Shown piece after piece: positions 13,479-26,557 of a stretch of 64,000 nucleotides of DNA. The translations under genes were made by a program, and so were the position numbers. The first letter of the stretch is position 1, and every line of letters starts with the position of its first letter. The notes beneath the pieces were generated by a model. That model was not told the origin of the DNA and did not search any database. It saw nothing but the letters and a program-made list of their open reading frames with translations. The stretch is from Lama glama (Eukaryota), in contig CM052817.1 of the NCBI GenBank assembly GCA_028534125.1, forward strand, positions 90,150,001-90,214,000, given 5' to 3'.

Positions 13479-14177
13479 TTCTGGAAAATGTGTGCCTCTC
13501 TACATTAAGTTTCCACTTGATCAGCCACTTGCATAACTACATGATGAGAGAGAAGTAATACTTTCCTCTTGAAAAGTTTGATAGCTAATTACGCTGATTC
13601 TCTTTTTACTGCTAGAAATCTGAGAACTAACTCAGTATTCAAACATAAATATAGAACGTTTAGGGTCATAAATAAGAAAAAAACATGTATGATCAGCTTA
13701 TTTTTCCCTTTTGTTGACTTTCTAGTCATATTCAAACATCCATGTTCTGCTTTTGAATTGTTTTGCTTTTCTTCATTTAAGTTTATTGTCTGACATTATT
13801 TTTGTAAAGCCTTTCAAGTTCTTTGGAGATTAAGGTAGGAATATATACAGAATAAATATTATTTATTTCTGACAATTTATCCATGGATATTTTATTTTTG
13901 AGATTTCTGAGAATTTTATCCACATACACTTTTTGAATCAATGGCTAAGAAGAGCCTCTAAGCTTTAGGGGTTTTGTTTCCCTGCTCCATTTTTTTTTTT
14001 TCTCTTTGAATCTGTGGATGAAGTGTGCCCAAAGTGCGTTTCTCTGGCAGGTTCTGTTTAATGTAAGTACTGGTGTTTACGATATGAGAACTGTTTCGGG
14101 GGAAATAAAAACCTAACTAGTAAAGCAGCACTTAGAAAAAGGCTTATCTTTTAGTATTTTGTTATTAGTTGCCGTTT

Positions 14178-14470
14178 TGTGTTAAATTGTGTTCCTCCCA
14201 CTGACAAGCAAAAGAAAATAAATGTCCAAGTCCTAGCCCCCAGTATCTGTGAATATGACCTTATTTGGAAACAGGACCTTTGCAGATTTAAGTTAAGGAT
14301 CTTGAGATGACATCATCTTGGATTTAGGGTGGGTGCTAAGTCCAGTGGCTTGTGCCTTATAAGAAAAACCCCACAGTAAGACAAACAGGGAGGGCATGTG
14401 AAGGTGAAGGTAAAGATTAGAGTTATGCTGCCATCAGCCAAGGAGGGCTTGGGACCAGAGAAACTGCCGG
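14178..14470 (+). mobile_element. Partial MaLR LTR (MLT1C-like)
   Basis: aagtcctagcccccagtatctgtgaatatgaccttatttggaaacaggacctttgcaga...ggatttagggtggg; the 3' part is missing. Confidence 0.8.
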
Positions 14471-15918
14471 TATAATCTCCCTCATATCCGTTTCTCCATT
14501 GGTATCTAAGATGGAGGCAGAGGGGGAATAGCAGCAGCAGCAGTGCAGGAAGACAAAGGAGGACTAAGAGACAGAGCAGGAAAGGAAGAAGGAAAAGAAA
14601 TAGGAATAGATATTAAAAAGAGAATGCAGTGGGGCTCACAGATATTTCACTTTAATCCATTGCTTAATTACTGAGCCAAGATTTTTGACTTTTGTTCCTG
14701 AGTGCAGGTAAAAGGAATGATCTCCTTTCTATTTCTAAAATTAAGAAGTTCTAGAGCACAGATGTTGAACTGATCGCATTTATACTTTGCCATCTCAATA
14801 CTGTGTCACTAGAATGAACAGAAAAGAACACTCTCTTCAAATTAACAGGTGTGAAATTGCGCTGTGATTCACCTGTCTTACTCCCTTTAAGAGACTGGAT
14901 CATAAACTTGTCTATGGAGGAAAACTCTAGCATCAGGTTTGCTAGGGCTTACACCAGCCCAAGTGTCTAATTCTGCTCTTAGACTCCATTTGAAGCATAA
15001 TTATCCCATCTCCTCTGCTTTTCTCCTCAGAAGTATCTTAATTATTGAGATAACTCTAGGCCTACAGGGCTATGGTTAGACCCCAGGAACCCTGAAAATC
15101 TTGGGTTGAGTTAAAGCACATTTTTATATATTAAAAAGTAACAATTCGTCCTGGGATTGACTCAGGGCAAGTTAATTCCTTTCACTGAATATTTTATTCT
15201 AGGGAAAAATCCCCTTGAAGATTCCCCTGCTGTGGCTTTTTTTGGGGGGGGGAGTTGGGAATTGGCTTGAGGAAACAAATTTCCTAGGATGAGAAGTTTT
15301 TTGCACTACGGAAAACACAAAAACAGCTGTTTTAGAAGCTGAGTGATTTAACTTTGGTACACTGGGGTGTTATTAATACTAAATATTAGTGTGAGACTAT
15401 TCTAATGTCCCCCTCTCCACTTTCAAACCTCCACATTTCCTCTCCACATACATAATTAATTTAGGTGTACCCCAAAGGCCTCTTTCCTTCAATAAGTAGT
15501 CTGCAGAGAATAGTGTGTTTCCCAACGTGGAAAGGAAAATAGGGCTGTGAGTGCTCCATAGAGTAGATTCAAATACATACTTTCAGAGATAGATGAGAAA
15601 AAAAAATCCCTGTGTAAGTTCACTCAAGCGCCAAGCTATCCTTGTTGCTTTGTAAGAAGGCTCCTGGGCTGCTAGCATTACCTCTGAGAATCTCACAGTG
15701 AAGCTTGGCTAGCTTAGTTTCTACCACCATTCCAAACCAACCAGTCTTAAATAGATAGAGAAGTTACTGACCTGAACTCAGATTATTATGACTGTGGTGA
15801 AACTAAATAAATGCTATCAACATACATCTCTTGTGTGGAAATGGAGGTGGGGAATGTTTCCTATGCTTCCTAAATTTCTACCTCATACTGTTCTTTATGG
15901 TTCATTTCTCTTTTTTAA

Positions 15919-15922
<4 letters not shown>

Positions 15923-15975
<53 letters not shown>

Positions 15976-15995
15976 GTGTGTGTGTGTGTGTGTGT
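15923..15995. repeat. Compound (TC)n(TG)n microsatellite in the L1 tail
   Basis: About 26 TC units (one interruption) followed by about 10 TG units, lying between the L1 3'UTR and the left TSD copy. Confidence 0.95.
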
Positions 15996-16317
15996 AAAAA
16001 CAATTGAAGTATAGTCAGTTTACAATGTTGTGTCAATTTTGGGTGTATAGTGTAATATGTCAGTCATGCATGGGCATACATATATTCACTTTCATATTCT
16101 TTTTCGCCGTAAGTTACTACAAGATATTGAATATAGTTCCCTGTGCTATACAGTATGAACTTGTTGTTTATCTACTTTATATGTATTAGTTAGTATCTGC
16201 AAATCTCAAACTCCCAGTTTATCCTTTCTCACCTCCTTCCTTGCCCCAGTAACCATAAGATTGTATTCTATGTCTCTGGTCTGTTTCTGTTTTGTAAATA
16301 AGTTTATTTATTTATTT

Positions 16318-19300
16318 TTTAGATTGCACATGTAAGTGACATAATATGGTATCTTGCTTTCTCTTTCTGGCTTACGTCACTTGAAATGACAATCTCCAGG
16401 TCCATCCATGTTGCTGCAAATGGCATTATTTTATTATTTTTTATGGCTGAGTAGTATAGTATAAATATACCACATCTTCTTTATCCAGTCATCTGTGGAT
16501 GGACATTTAGGCTGTTTCCATGTCTTGGCTATTGTAAATAGTGCTGCTATGAACATTGGGGTACAGGTGTCTTTTTGAAGTAGGGTTCCTTCTGGATATA
16601 TGCCCAGGAGTGGGATTCCTGGGTCATGTGGTAAGTCTAGTTTTAGTCTTTTGAGGAATCTCCATACGGTTTTCCATAACAGCTGCCCCAAACTACATTG
16701 CCACCAACGGTGTAGGAGGGTTCCCTTTTCTCCACACCCTCTCCAGCATTTGTTTGTGGACTTTTAAATGATGGCCATTCTTCTGGTGTGAGGTGATACC
16801 TTGTTGTAGTTTTGATTTGCATTTCTCTGATAATTAACACTATTGAGCATTTTTTCATGTGCCTATTGGCCATTTGTATGTCTTCATTGGAGAATTGCTT
16901 GTTTAGGTTGGATTTTTGGGTTGGATTGTTTGTTTTTTTCTTAAGTTGCATAAGCTCTTTATATATTCTGGAAATTAAGCCCTTATCAGTCTGCCCATTT
17001 TTGGGTTGGATTGTTTTTTCCTGACCATTTTTGGGTTGGATTGTTTGTTTTTTTCTTATTAAGTTGCATAAGCTGTTTATATATTCTGGAAATTAAGCCC
17101 TTATCAGTCTCATCTGTTGCAAATATTTTCTCCCATTCTGTAGATTGTCTTTCTATTTGTTTATGGTTTCCTTTGCTGTGCAAAAGCTTGTAAGTTTAAA
17201 TAGATGCCATCTGTTTATGTCCACTTTTATTTCTATTGGCTGGGTAGACTGCCCTAGGAGAATGTTGCTGACATTTATATCAGATAATGTTTTGCCTATG
17301 CTTTCTTCTAAGAGGTTTATAGTGTCTTGTCTTATGTTTAAATCTTTAATCCATTTTGAGTTTATTTTCGTGTATGATGTGAGGGAGTAGCCTAAATTCA
17401 TTGATTTACATTCAGCTGTCCAGTTTTCCCAGCACCATTTTCTGAAGAGACTGTCTTTACTCCTTTGTATATTCTTGTGTCCTTTGTCAAAGATTAATTG
17501 ACCAAAAGTCTGTAGGTTTATTTCTGGGCTCTCTATTCTGTTCCATTGACTCTATTCTGTGTCTTTTTTATGGCAATACCATGCTGTTTTGATTACTGTA
17601 GCTGTGAAATATTGTCTGAAGCCAGGAAGGGTTATCCCTCCAGCTTTGTTCTTTTTCCTCAGTATTGCTTTGGCAATTTTGGGTCTTTTGTGATTCTGTA
17701 TAAATGTTAGGATTATTTGTTCTAGTTCTGTGAAAAATGTCCTGGGTAATTTAATAGGGATCACATTAAGTCTGTAGATTGCTTTGGGTAGTATGACCAT
17801 TTTAACAATATTAATTATTCCAATCCAAGAACATGGGATGTCTTTCCATTTATTTAAGTCATCTTTAATTTCCTTAGTCAGCATTTTCTATTTCCCCACA
17901 TATAAGTCTTTCACTTCCTTGGTCAGATTTATTCCTGAGTAGTTTATTATTTTGGGTGCAATTTTAAAAGACATTGTTTCTTTACTTTCCTTTTCTGATA
18001 TTTTATTGTTAGTGTAAGGAAAGGCCACTGACTTCTGCTGTACGTTAATCTTGTATCCTGCTACCTTGCTAAATTTTTTTATCGGCTCTAGAAGTTTTTG
18101 TGTTGAATCTTTAGGGTTTTCTATGTATAGTATCATGACATCTGCATATAATGACAGTTTTACCTCTTCTCTTCCAATTTAGATCCCTTTTATTTCTTTT
18201 TCTGTTCTGATTGCTATGGCTAGGACTTCCAATACTATACTGATTAGAAGTGGTGAGAGTATGCATCTTTGTCTGGTTCCAGATTTTAGTGGGAAGGCTT
18301 TTAGCTTTTCACCATTGAGTATTATGCTGGCTGTAGGTTTGTCATAAATAGCTTTTGTTATGTTGAGATATGTTCCCTCTATACCCAGTTTGGTAAGAGT
18401 TTTTATCATAAATTGGTGTTGAATTTTATCATATGCTTTTTCTGCATCTATTGAGATGATCATGTGGTTTTTGTCCTTTCTTTTGTGGATGTGTTGGATC
18501 ACATTGATTGATTTGCATATGTTGAACTATCCTTGTGCCCCTGGGATGATTCCAACTTGATCATGGTGTATAATCTTTTTATGTGTTGTTAGATTTTGTT
18601 TACTAATATTTTGTTGAGGATTTTGCATATGTGTTCATCAATGATATTGGCCTGTAGTTTTCTTTTTTTGTAGTTTCTGTCTGGCTTTGGTATCAGGGTG
18701 ATGGTGGCTTCATAGAATGAGTTTGAGAGTATTCCCTCCTCTTCAGTCTTTTGGAAGAGTTTGGGTAGGATCAGTATGAGCTCTTCTTTGTTGTTTGATA
18801 GAGTTCCCCAGTGAAGCCATCTGGTCCTAGACTTTTGTTTGCAGGGATGTTTTTTATTACTGATTTTATTTCACTTCTAGTGATTGGTCTGTTCAAATGA
18901 TCTGTTTCTTCTTGATTCAATTTTGGTGGACTGTATGTTTTTAGACATGTGCCCATTTCTTCTAAGTTGTCCAATTTATTGCCATATAGTTGTTTGTAGT
19001 ATTCTCTTATGATTTTTTTGTATTTCTGTGGTATTGGTTTTAATCTCTCCATTTTCATTTCTAATTTTGTTTGTGTCCTCTCTCTTGTCTTGAGTCTGGC
19101 CAGAGGTTTGTCAATTTTGTTTACTCTTTCAAAAAACCAGCTCTTGTTTGGATTTGATTTTTTTTTATTGTTTTTTAATCTCAATTTTATTTATTTATTT
19201 CTGATCTTTATTATTTCTTTCCTTTTGCTGACTTTAGGTTTTGTTTCTTCTTTTTCTAATTCTTTTAGGTGGTAGGTTAGGTTGTTTATTTGAGATTGTT

Positions 19301-20225
19301 CTTTTTTGAGGAAGGCCTGTATCGCTATGAACTTCCCTGTTAGGACTGCTTTTTCTGCATCCCATAGATTTTGCGTGGTTGTGTTTTCATTACCGTTTGT
19401 CTCAAGGTATTTTTTTGATTTCTTCTTTGATTTCATCATTGGTCCATTGATTTTTTTTTTTTTTAGTAGCATGTTGTTTAGTCTCCATGCTGTTGTTTTT
19501 TTCTCATTTGTTTTCCTGTAGTTGATTTCTAGTTTCATGCCATTGTGGTCACAGAAGATGCTTGGAATAATTTCTGTCCTCTTAAATTTGTTGAGGCTTC
19601 TTTTGTGCCTGAGTATGTGGTCTGTCCTAGAGAATGTTGCATGAGCACTTGAACATAATATGTATTCTGTTTTGGGGGGATGTAATGTCCTAAAAATATC
19701 AACCAAGTCCAACTGTTCTATTGTATCATTTAGTATCTCCATTGCCTTATTGATTTTCTGTCTGGAAGACCTATCCAGTGATATCAGAGGGGTGTTAAAG
19801 TCTCCTACTATTATTATATTACCATCAATGTCTCCCTTTCTGTCTGTTAGTATTTGTTTTATATAATTAGGTGCTCCTATATTAAGTGCATATATGTTAA
19901 ATGAGTGTAATATCTTCATCTTGTATTGCTCTTTGATCATTATATAATGTCCTTCTTTATCTCTCTTTATGGCCTTTGGTTTAGTCTGTTTTGTCTGGTA
20001 TGAATATTGCTACTCCTGCTTTCTTGTCATTTCCATTTGCATGAAATATCTTTTTCCATCCTCTCACTTTCAATCTATGTGTATCCTTCACTCTAAAGTG
20101 AGTCTCATAGGCAGCATATTGTAGGCTTTTGTTTTATTATCCAATCTGCCACTCTGTCTTTTGATCAGATCATTTAGTCCATTGGCATTTGTAGTAATTA
20201 TTGATGGATGTGTGTTTATAGCCAT
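16318..20225 (-). pseudogene. L1 ORF2p remnant (endonuclease, reverse transcriptase, Cys-rich C-terminus)
   Basis: ATG at 20225. Fragments IVGDFNTPL (endonuclease), [37 protein letters not shown] (RT), [46 protein letters not shown]. Broken into many ORFs. Confidence 0.95.
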
Positions 20226-20633
20226 TTTGAACTTCGTTTTCCAATTGATTTGGTATTTCTTCTTTGTTCATTTCTTTTCCTTTTTGATCTTCTTTTTGTA
20301 GTTTGATAGTTTTCTTTTGTATTAGCTTGGTTTCTTTTTGGTTTTTGTGACTATTGTATGTTTGATTTGTGATTACCCTGCTTTTTAAGTATGTTATCCC
20401 ATTAGTATATCTGATTGCTTTAGAATGATAGACAGGGTCAAACACATCCTGAAAAGAATGACGAAAAAAATAAAGAAAAAAAAATCTGTATTTTCTTGCT
20501 CCTCTCTCCCACTTTTTATTATTTTGAGGTCTTTTTTTTCATATCTTCATATTTATTCTCTTGCAACTCTTTGCAGTTATCACATTTCCATTTATGGTTT
20601 TCTCATTTCTGTGGCTTCCTACTTCTTTTCTAT

Positions 20634-21462
20634 TTAGAGTAGACCTTTCAGTATTTCTTTTAGGATAGGTTTAGTATTGCTGAATTCATTTAGTTTTTGA
20701 TTGTCCATAAAATTCTTTATTTCTCCTTCTACTCTAAAGGGTAGTCTTGCCAGATAGAGTATCCTAGGTTGCAGATTTTTCTTACTCAGGACTTTGAATA
20801 TATCTTGCCAGTTCCTTCTTGCCAGCAGCATTTGTGTAGGGAAATCAGCTGAGAGCCTTGTGGAGGTTCCCTTATAACTAACTCTTTTTATCTTGCTGCC
20901 TTTAGAATCAATTCTTTATGTTTAACTTTGGCCATCTTAATTATAATGTCTTGGTGTAAGTCTATTTGGGTTCTTCTTGTTTGGGACCCTCTGTGTTTTC
21001 TATACTTGGATATCTGTTTCCTTCTTTAAATTTGGAAAGTTTTCAATCATGATTTCTTCAAATACCTTTTCAATCCCCTTTTCTCTTTCTTCTCCTTCTG
21101 AGACCCCTATTATGTGTGGGTTGGCACCCTCTGTATTATCCTATAGGTCCCTTATATTGCTTTCATTGGTTTTTATTTGCTTTTCTGTCTGCTGTTCTGA
21201 CTGAGTGACTTTTATTATCCTGTCTTCTAAGTCACTTATTCATTCCTCTGCATTATCTAGTGGCTCCTCTTTATAGCTTCTATTTCCTTTTCATAGTATT
21301 CTCTGTCTCTTTATTCATAGTCTCTCTTATTTCCTTCAGTGCTTTAATCATCCCCTTTTGAAGTCATGATCTAGTAGACTCTTGAGGTCTATCTCATTGT
21401 TCATTCTTTCAGGGGACTTCTCTTGTTCTTTTAATTGGGGGTGGGTTCCTCAGCTTCTTCAT
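20634..21462 (-). pseudogene. L1 ORF1p remnant
   Basis: Probable ATG at 21462 (ATGAAGAAGCTGAGG). C-terminal ORF1 motif WQDIFKVLSKKNLQPRILYLARLPFRVEGEIKNF...LKEILKGLL*. Internal stops and frameshifts; about 830 nt, shorter than typical ORF1. Confidence 0.85.
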
Positions 21463-23084
21463 TTTACTTATATTTCTCCGGCTGTATGGATTTAGAAGTA
21501 TCAGTTATCTACTGTGGTCTTGAAGGGCTGTTTTATTTTTTGTTTGTTTTTATTTAAAGTGGGAACATTCCTGGGTAGACTTCACATCTAATAGTTTTTT
21601 TTGCGAGGGCTGTTTTTAGTATGGATGGTTGCTACATCTTTCTTCCATGTGTGTTGGCTGTTATACCTTTGATTGGGGGTGGGGTGATCAGAGCCTACCC
21701 TGACTGTTGTTGTTGAGCAGGGCCTCCTTTTTTGTTCTGTGTTTTTCACAGCCTTGACAGTGACCGGGACTTCTCCCTTGTTGCTAGAATAGAGGCTTCT
21801 AGACCTGTTTCTGAGCTGTAGTGTGTGGTATGCAGGGTTGGAGTGCTTCAGCTGGGAAGAAGAGTTGGCAGGAGATGTCCACCGGGAAGTGCCCTCTGTG
21901 GTGGTGTCTGTCACTTGTTATGCAGGCTTACAAAGTACTCTTTGTTGATGCTGCCTTTTCCCCTACCTTAGTCGCAGGAATGTTAGTCACCAGCTCTGGG
22001 TCCCCCAGATTCTGGACCCCAAGAACCACCAGTGCAGATCTGCCAATGTCAGGCACTAGGACCCACCATAGTGAGTGTGCAGTCACATACCTGAATCTGT
22101 GATGTGTCACAGGGTCAGTGCAGACCCCAGACCCACCTCCACATACAATACGGTATACTGGCCTATTGTAAATATCCGTACTCACTCCCTGTCGTCCACC
22201 AGAACTCCGCTCACTGTTTGTTCATTCCCAAGGCACAAGTCCCATAAAAGGTCCAGAGAGAACAAATCCACCCAGTCTGCCTGGGGCTGTAAACAAATCT
22301 CCGTCCCGCCTGTGAAGTTGCAGAGCCGCCTCCTTGCAGCAGTGATGGCTATGACCAAACCCCACCTCTCTTCTTGTCAGTGGAGCCAAGCTGAGAACGC
22401 GGCTATGGCTCAGCTGCATTGCACCCCTCCCCACCATGCACACCAGCAATGGTGCTTTTTTTATGGGAGTCCCAGGCTGTTCTCTTCTGCACACACCCCC
22501 AGCCAGAGCTCACACTGCCCTTCAGTCCCCTGAGGCTGCCTCTGCAGTTGGCCCCAGCCCTCTCCCCGGGCTTCTCACTGATCTCCAGCAGTCAGTCTCT
22601 GTTTGTCCCTGCCAGCTCATGTGTAGGGCTGAGGATTGCAGGGACTATCCACGCAAGTTTCCCTCAGTTCTGTCTGCCAAATGGCTGCCACTTTGTCCTC
22701 CAAGCCTTGGAAGCTCCGCTTCTGTTCCCATTGACCTCTTGACTGAAGAATGCGCATCCTAGTGTAAGGGTGCCTTTCTTCCTATGTAACTCCCTGCACT
22801 GATTTTTTTCTTTTTTTTTCTTTTTTTCTCTTACTGGATTTTGTGAAAATCCTCCTAAATTTTGAAGCGAGAGATACTCTGCCAGAGTTCAGTAGGTGTT
22901 CTGTGCAATTCATTGGGTTTGTAGATGTAATTCTTGTTGTATCTGTGGGAGAGGACGAGCTGTGAGTCTCTCTACTCCTACATCTTGGCCTATAGTTCAT
23001 TTCTAGATCGTTTTGTGTGTGAGAGAGAGAGAAATATCCTCCGTGAGTTTTATATGAAATAGTAAAGTATATTTTTACTCCATT

Positions 23085-23212
23085 AGATAATATTCAATAT
23101 CTTACAATAACCTGCAATGGAAATAATCTGAAAAAATATATGTAACTGAATCACTTTGGTGTACACCTGAAACTAACCCAATATTGCAAGTCAATTACAC
23201 TTTAATAAAAAA
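23085..23212 (+). mobile_element. L1 extreme 3'-end stub
   Basis: tattcaatatcttacaataacc...gtaactgaatcactttggtgtacacctgaaactaac...aataaaaaa, the reverse complement of the 3'UTR end seen at about 54.0 kb. Confidence 0.8.
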
Positions 23213-24169
23213 TATTTTATAACAACACTGCTTTTCCTGTACTACTATTGACATTTTACCTCACACAAATAACTATTTGATTTTTTTCAGTCATAACATG
23301 ATAGAAGTTAATCAGGATGAAGTGATGAAGATTGACATCATAGCGATTGGACATTTAATAATTCTAATACAGAGCTCTCTTACCAAACATAGTGGGTATT
23401 TTTCAGAATGTAAGCATAAATACCCTCTGCTTTGCAATAAAATACAATGACAGCAAGAGTTGGAGGCTGTTCTGTCCTAATCAGTGTAAATGGGGCCTTG
23501 CCTTAATGTTCAGGAAAAGGGACAGTGTATAGGCAACTTGGTTCCCCCATGCAACTCAGACTTAAAACTATAGCTATTCCAACAGTTTTCTTTACCCTTA
23601 GGATATAAGTAGACTGAGTCTCTGTTTGAAATATATTACAAATAGGAAATAGAAAACTTGATAAAACGAATACAGAAGAGAATAGTGATGGTGAAAAAAG
23701 GAAAAATAATATCTTTCCTGAAGATCTTGGCCACCCTATTAAGATGCTTATTGATCACATTGAGAGACTTGTAAGCATGAACAGATTTGAAAATAGCAAT
23801 AACAAATGTGCAAGTCACCTCATCTATCAATATGTGACATCTGTATAATAAGCCGTTCATTGATATTTGGCAGTTATTTATGATTTTCAAGTGAAGCACT
23901 GTTGTTTATTTGGATTTTGATTTATAATTTGAAATAATCTTCCCAGAGGAATATTAAATATTATGCTTGACACATGAGTTGAAGTTGAGTCATCATCTAT
24001 TACTGAAATATACCAAAATGAAATATTAGGTGTTTTTCTGTCAACCTGAAATATTTCTGACAGTGAATTTTAAATAGATCATTAATGTTCACACTTCTGT
24101 TACATGATGAAAGATTCAGTTGATGTTTGAAGGGCCTTTTCAGCTTTCAGAGTTGTGCTGAGTTTTATA

Positions 24170-24250
24170 GATCATAGAATCCCAGAGCTGGAGGAATCCT
24201 AGCTCCTATTTGTGTTCAGAAAAGCTAAAAGTTCAAAGAGGTTAAGTAAG
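24170..24250 (-). mobile_element. MIR3-like fragment
   Basis: atcatagaatcccagagctggagg...gttcaaagaggttaagtaa. Confidence 0.55.
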
Positions 24251-26557
24251 TGTTAGTAATCTACAATGTGAAATTTATTTTAGGTAAGATTGCCTTTTAG
24301 TTATGAGCATTGCACAAAAATTCAATATATCAAAGAAATCTTCAGAAAACATTTCCAGCCTTGTGAATGACACTGTCACTGATACTTCCAGACAAGTTAG
24401 TACTCTGAATATGAAAGAAATTGAAGAAGTATGTTCCATCAAGATTCTAGATAGTGGTGCAACTAGATAGTTCAAGCCTTTTAAAATAGAATTCCTAGAA
24501 CAGGTTAGTGCCACTTGGACAACTACTTTTCTGTCAATAGTGAAAGGCCAGTGAGATGTTCTAATAAAACTTAGATAGTGGGACTTTGGTAAATATGCTT
24601 TATCCAGTTTAACAAAGTTTCATACAAACAGTAAGCATATTAATAGATTCTATTATGCTGATTGAAACTGTGCAAATGGAAAAAGCCCACACCACACATA
24701 TGGGATTCCATTTGCCTTCCAGTAATTTATTTTCACTTCCTGGCCTCCAAATTAATAGTAACTAAAATATGTCTGGAAAGAAGGCCTGATTATTAACATG
24801 TCTCCCTTTCCGGACTCTGCAAACTAATAAATCATAATCAACATTAGGGACACTTTAAACAGTATCCATTTACTACTATTTCTATAAAAAATAATTGCAG
24901 CTACAAATTTATGTCCTCAAATGCCTATTAAATACTTTTTTTAAGAAAAAGACATTTGTTTAAAGTGTAAACACTTTTAAGACAAGGGGATTGTGGGATT
25001 TATAACCTATATAAACATACTCTCTGATTTTATTCTGATTGCTTTGTTTCTTAAATTTGACAGTCATTCTGTTTTCAATGTAGCACATAATTTCTCCTTT
25101 ATTTATCCATGATGCCATTTAGTTACTCAGAAAATGCATTTTATTATCATTTCATCACTAATTTAAAGAGTTGATGCATATTCCTAAACTGAACAACTTG
25201 CTCCATTCCCACTTAAGAAAAATGAGGCATATTCCATTAAGATTCTTATTAGATATTAAGTTTCAGTGTTAGGGAACACCTTTTTTAACTGAGCTAGCTG
25301 AATTTCACTCGTTACTGCAGATAATATAAATGGCGCTTAAGTATATTGATTTAAACAAAGAGTTAAGAATTGAAATTAACTGAGACAACTGTAGAATTAA
25401 AAACCTACTTTGAACATCAAGTAAGGAACAGGGAAGGTGCAATTTTCAACCTCAGATTGCTATGAAAAAGGTCAATTCAGCATCTGTATTTGTTATCTCT
25501 AGTTCAATATGATGTATTTAAGAGAAAACCTTTGATTTGATAAAGGTCCCTGGAGTCAGAAACACGAAATCCCATTAGTCTTACTCAGCTGATACAAAAA
25601 TTACCTATATGCCTATATGCTTAATACAAGGTTGCTTGATTTAGTTGTTAAATAATTATCTTAAGAGTCCATGTTTCTTGAAACATGTTTGTTCCCGGGA
25701 ATGAATCTTTAAAAAACTATTGCATTGTATGAGAAAGTTAAAAAGATTTCTGTTCTGCCAGCTGAGGCTCTTTGTCTTACTTAAAAGCTTTTATCCATAC
25801 ATTAAAGCGTAACTAACAGGTCAAACGCTAGCAGAAACAAATGTATGCACAGAACACAGCATTTCTCCAATTTTATAAGGATTTTTTTAATGGATGAACT
25901 TAAACAGAAAGCTGAACATTTGTGCATATGGTCACACTGTAGTGAGGGTAATTGGAACAAGCTGTTACACTTTGTAGTTTCTGAAAGCCTGTGTATTGCC
26001 TTCTAGCTACACTGACTTTATACAGGCCTTAATAAAAGAAATTAAAGAATGTGCAAGCCTGAATGACTTCCACATCCTTCTTCAGAAGAGCTTTAATTCA
26101 GGCCAGATATGGGAGGCATAGCTTTTCCATTACTACCTGTGTCTATAACCCACATGCAGATGAAATAATGATTTTTATTGTCATGATTTAATAATTTGCA
26201 AACTTTAACCATTCTTCCAGCTTCATTTAAATGTCTCTATTTATTATAAAGCAGCTTACCAAGTTAGAGCCAATGTTATTTAAACACACACACATGTACG
26301 AACACCCTATATCTAGCATGTCACCCTTATATTTATTTAAAATATTTTCTGGTGTAACATATGATAAAATAGCAGATATCAAGTTAGATAAAAAATTTTA
26401 AGGGAGGTATATAGAATTGTAATATTCCAAATTCATCTTCTTTCAAAATTTCATGCTAACATCAGTATTTAATTATGGTGAGAAAAAAATGGTATTTCAG
26501 GAGGGGATTCTGGGGAGATTGTGGCAGCATCACTTTTTAATCTCACTGAACACCCAC

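Larger units (their letters stand above)
15910..22990 (-). mobile_element. Full-length decayed LINE-1 (about 7.1 kb), artiodactyl/camelid-type
   Basis: GC-rich 5'UTR (about 21463-22990), ORF1, about 400-bp spacer, ORF2 fragments (endonuclease, RT, C-terminal), 3'UTR. TSD tatggttcatttct (15896-15909) / tatagttcatttct (22991-23004). Confidence 0.97.

Noticed and set aside
16812..21204. Hydrophobic + strand ORFs that look like membrane proteins (also at 38531-38947 and 54336-56020)
   Set aside because: Antisense translations of A-rich L1 sequence.
23291..26170. Endogenous viral element (borna/filo-like) or GVIN1-like single-exon gene
   Set aside because: No polymerase, nucleoprotein or P-loop motif seen, and the region is interrupted by intron-like sequence containing a MIR3 stub.
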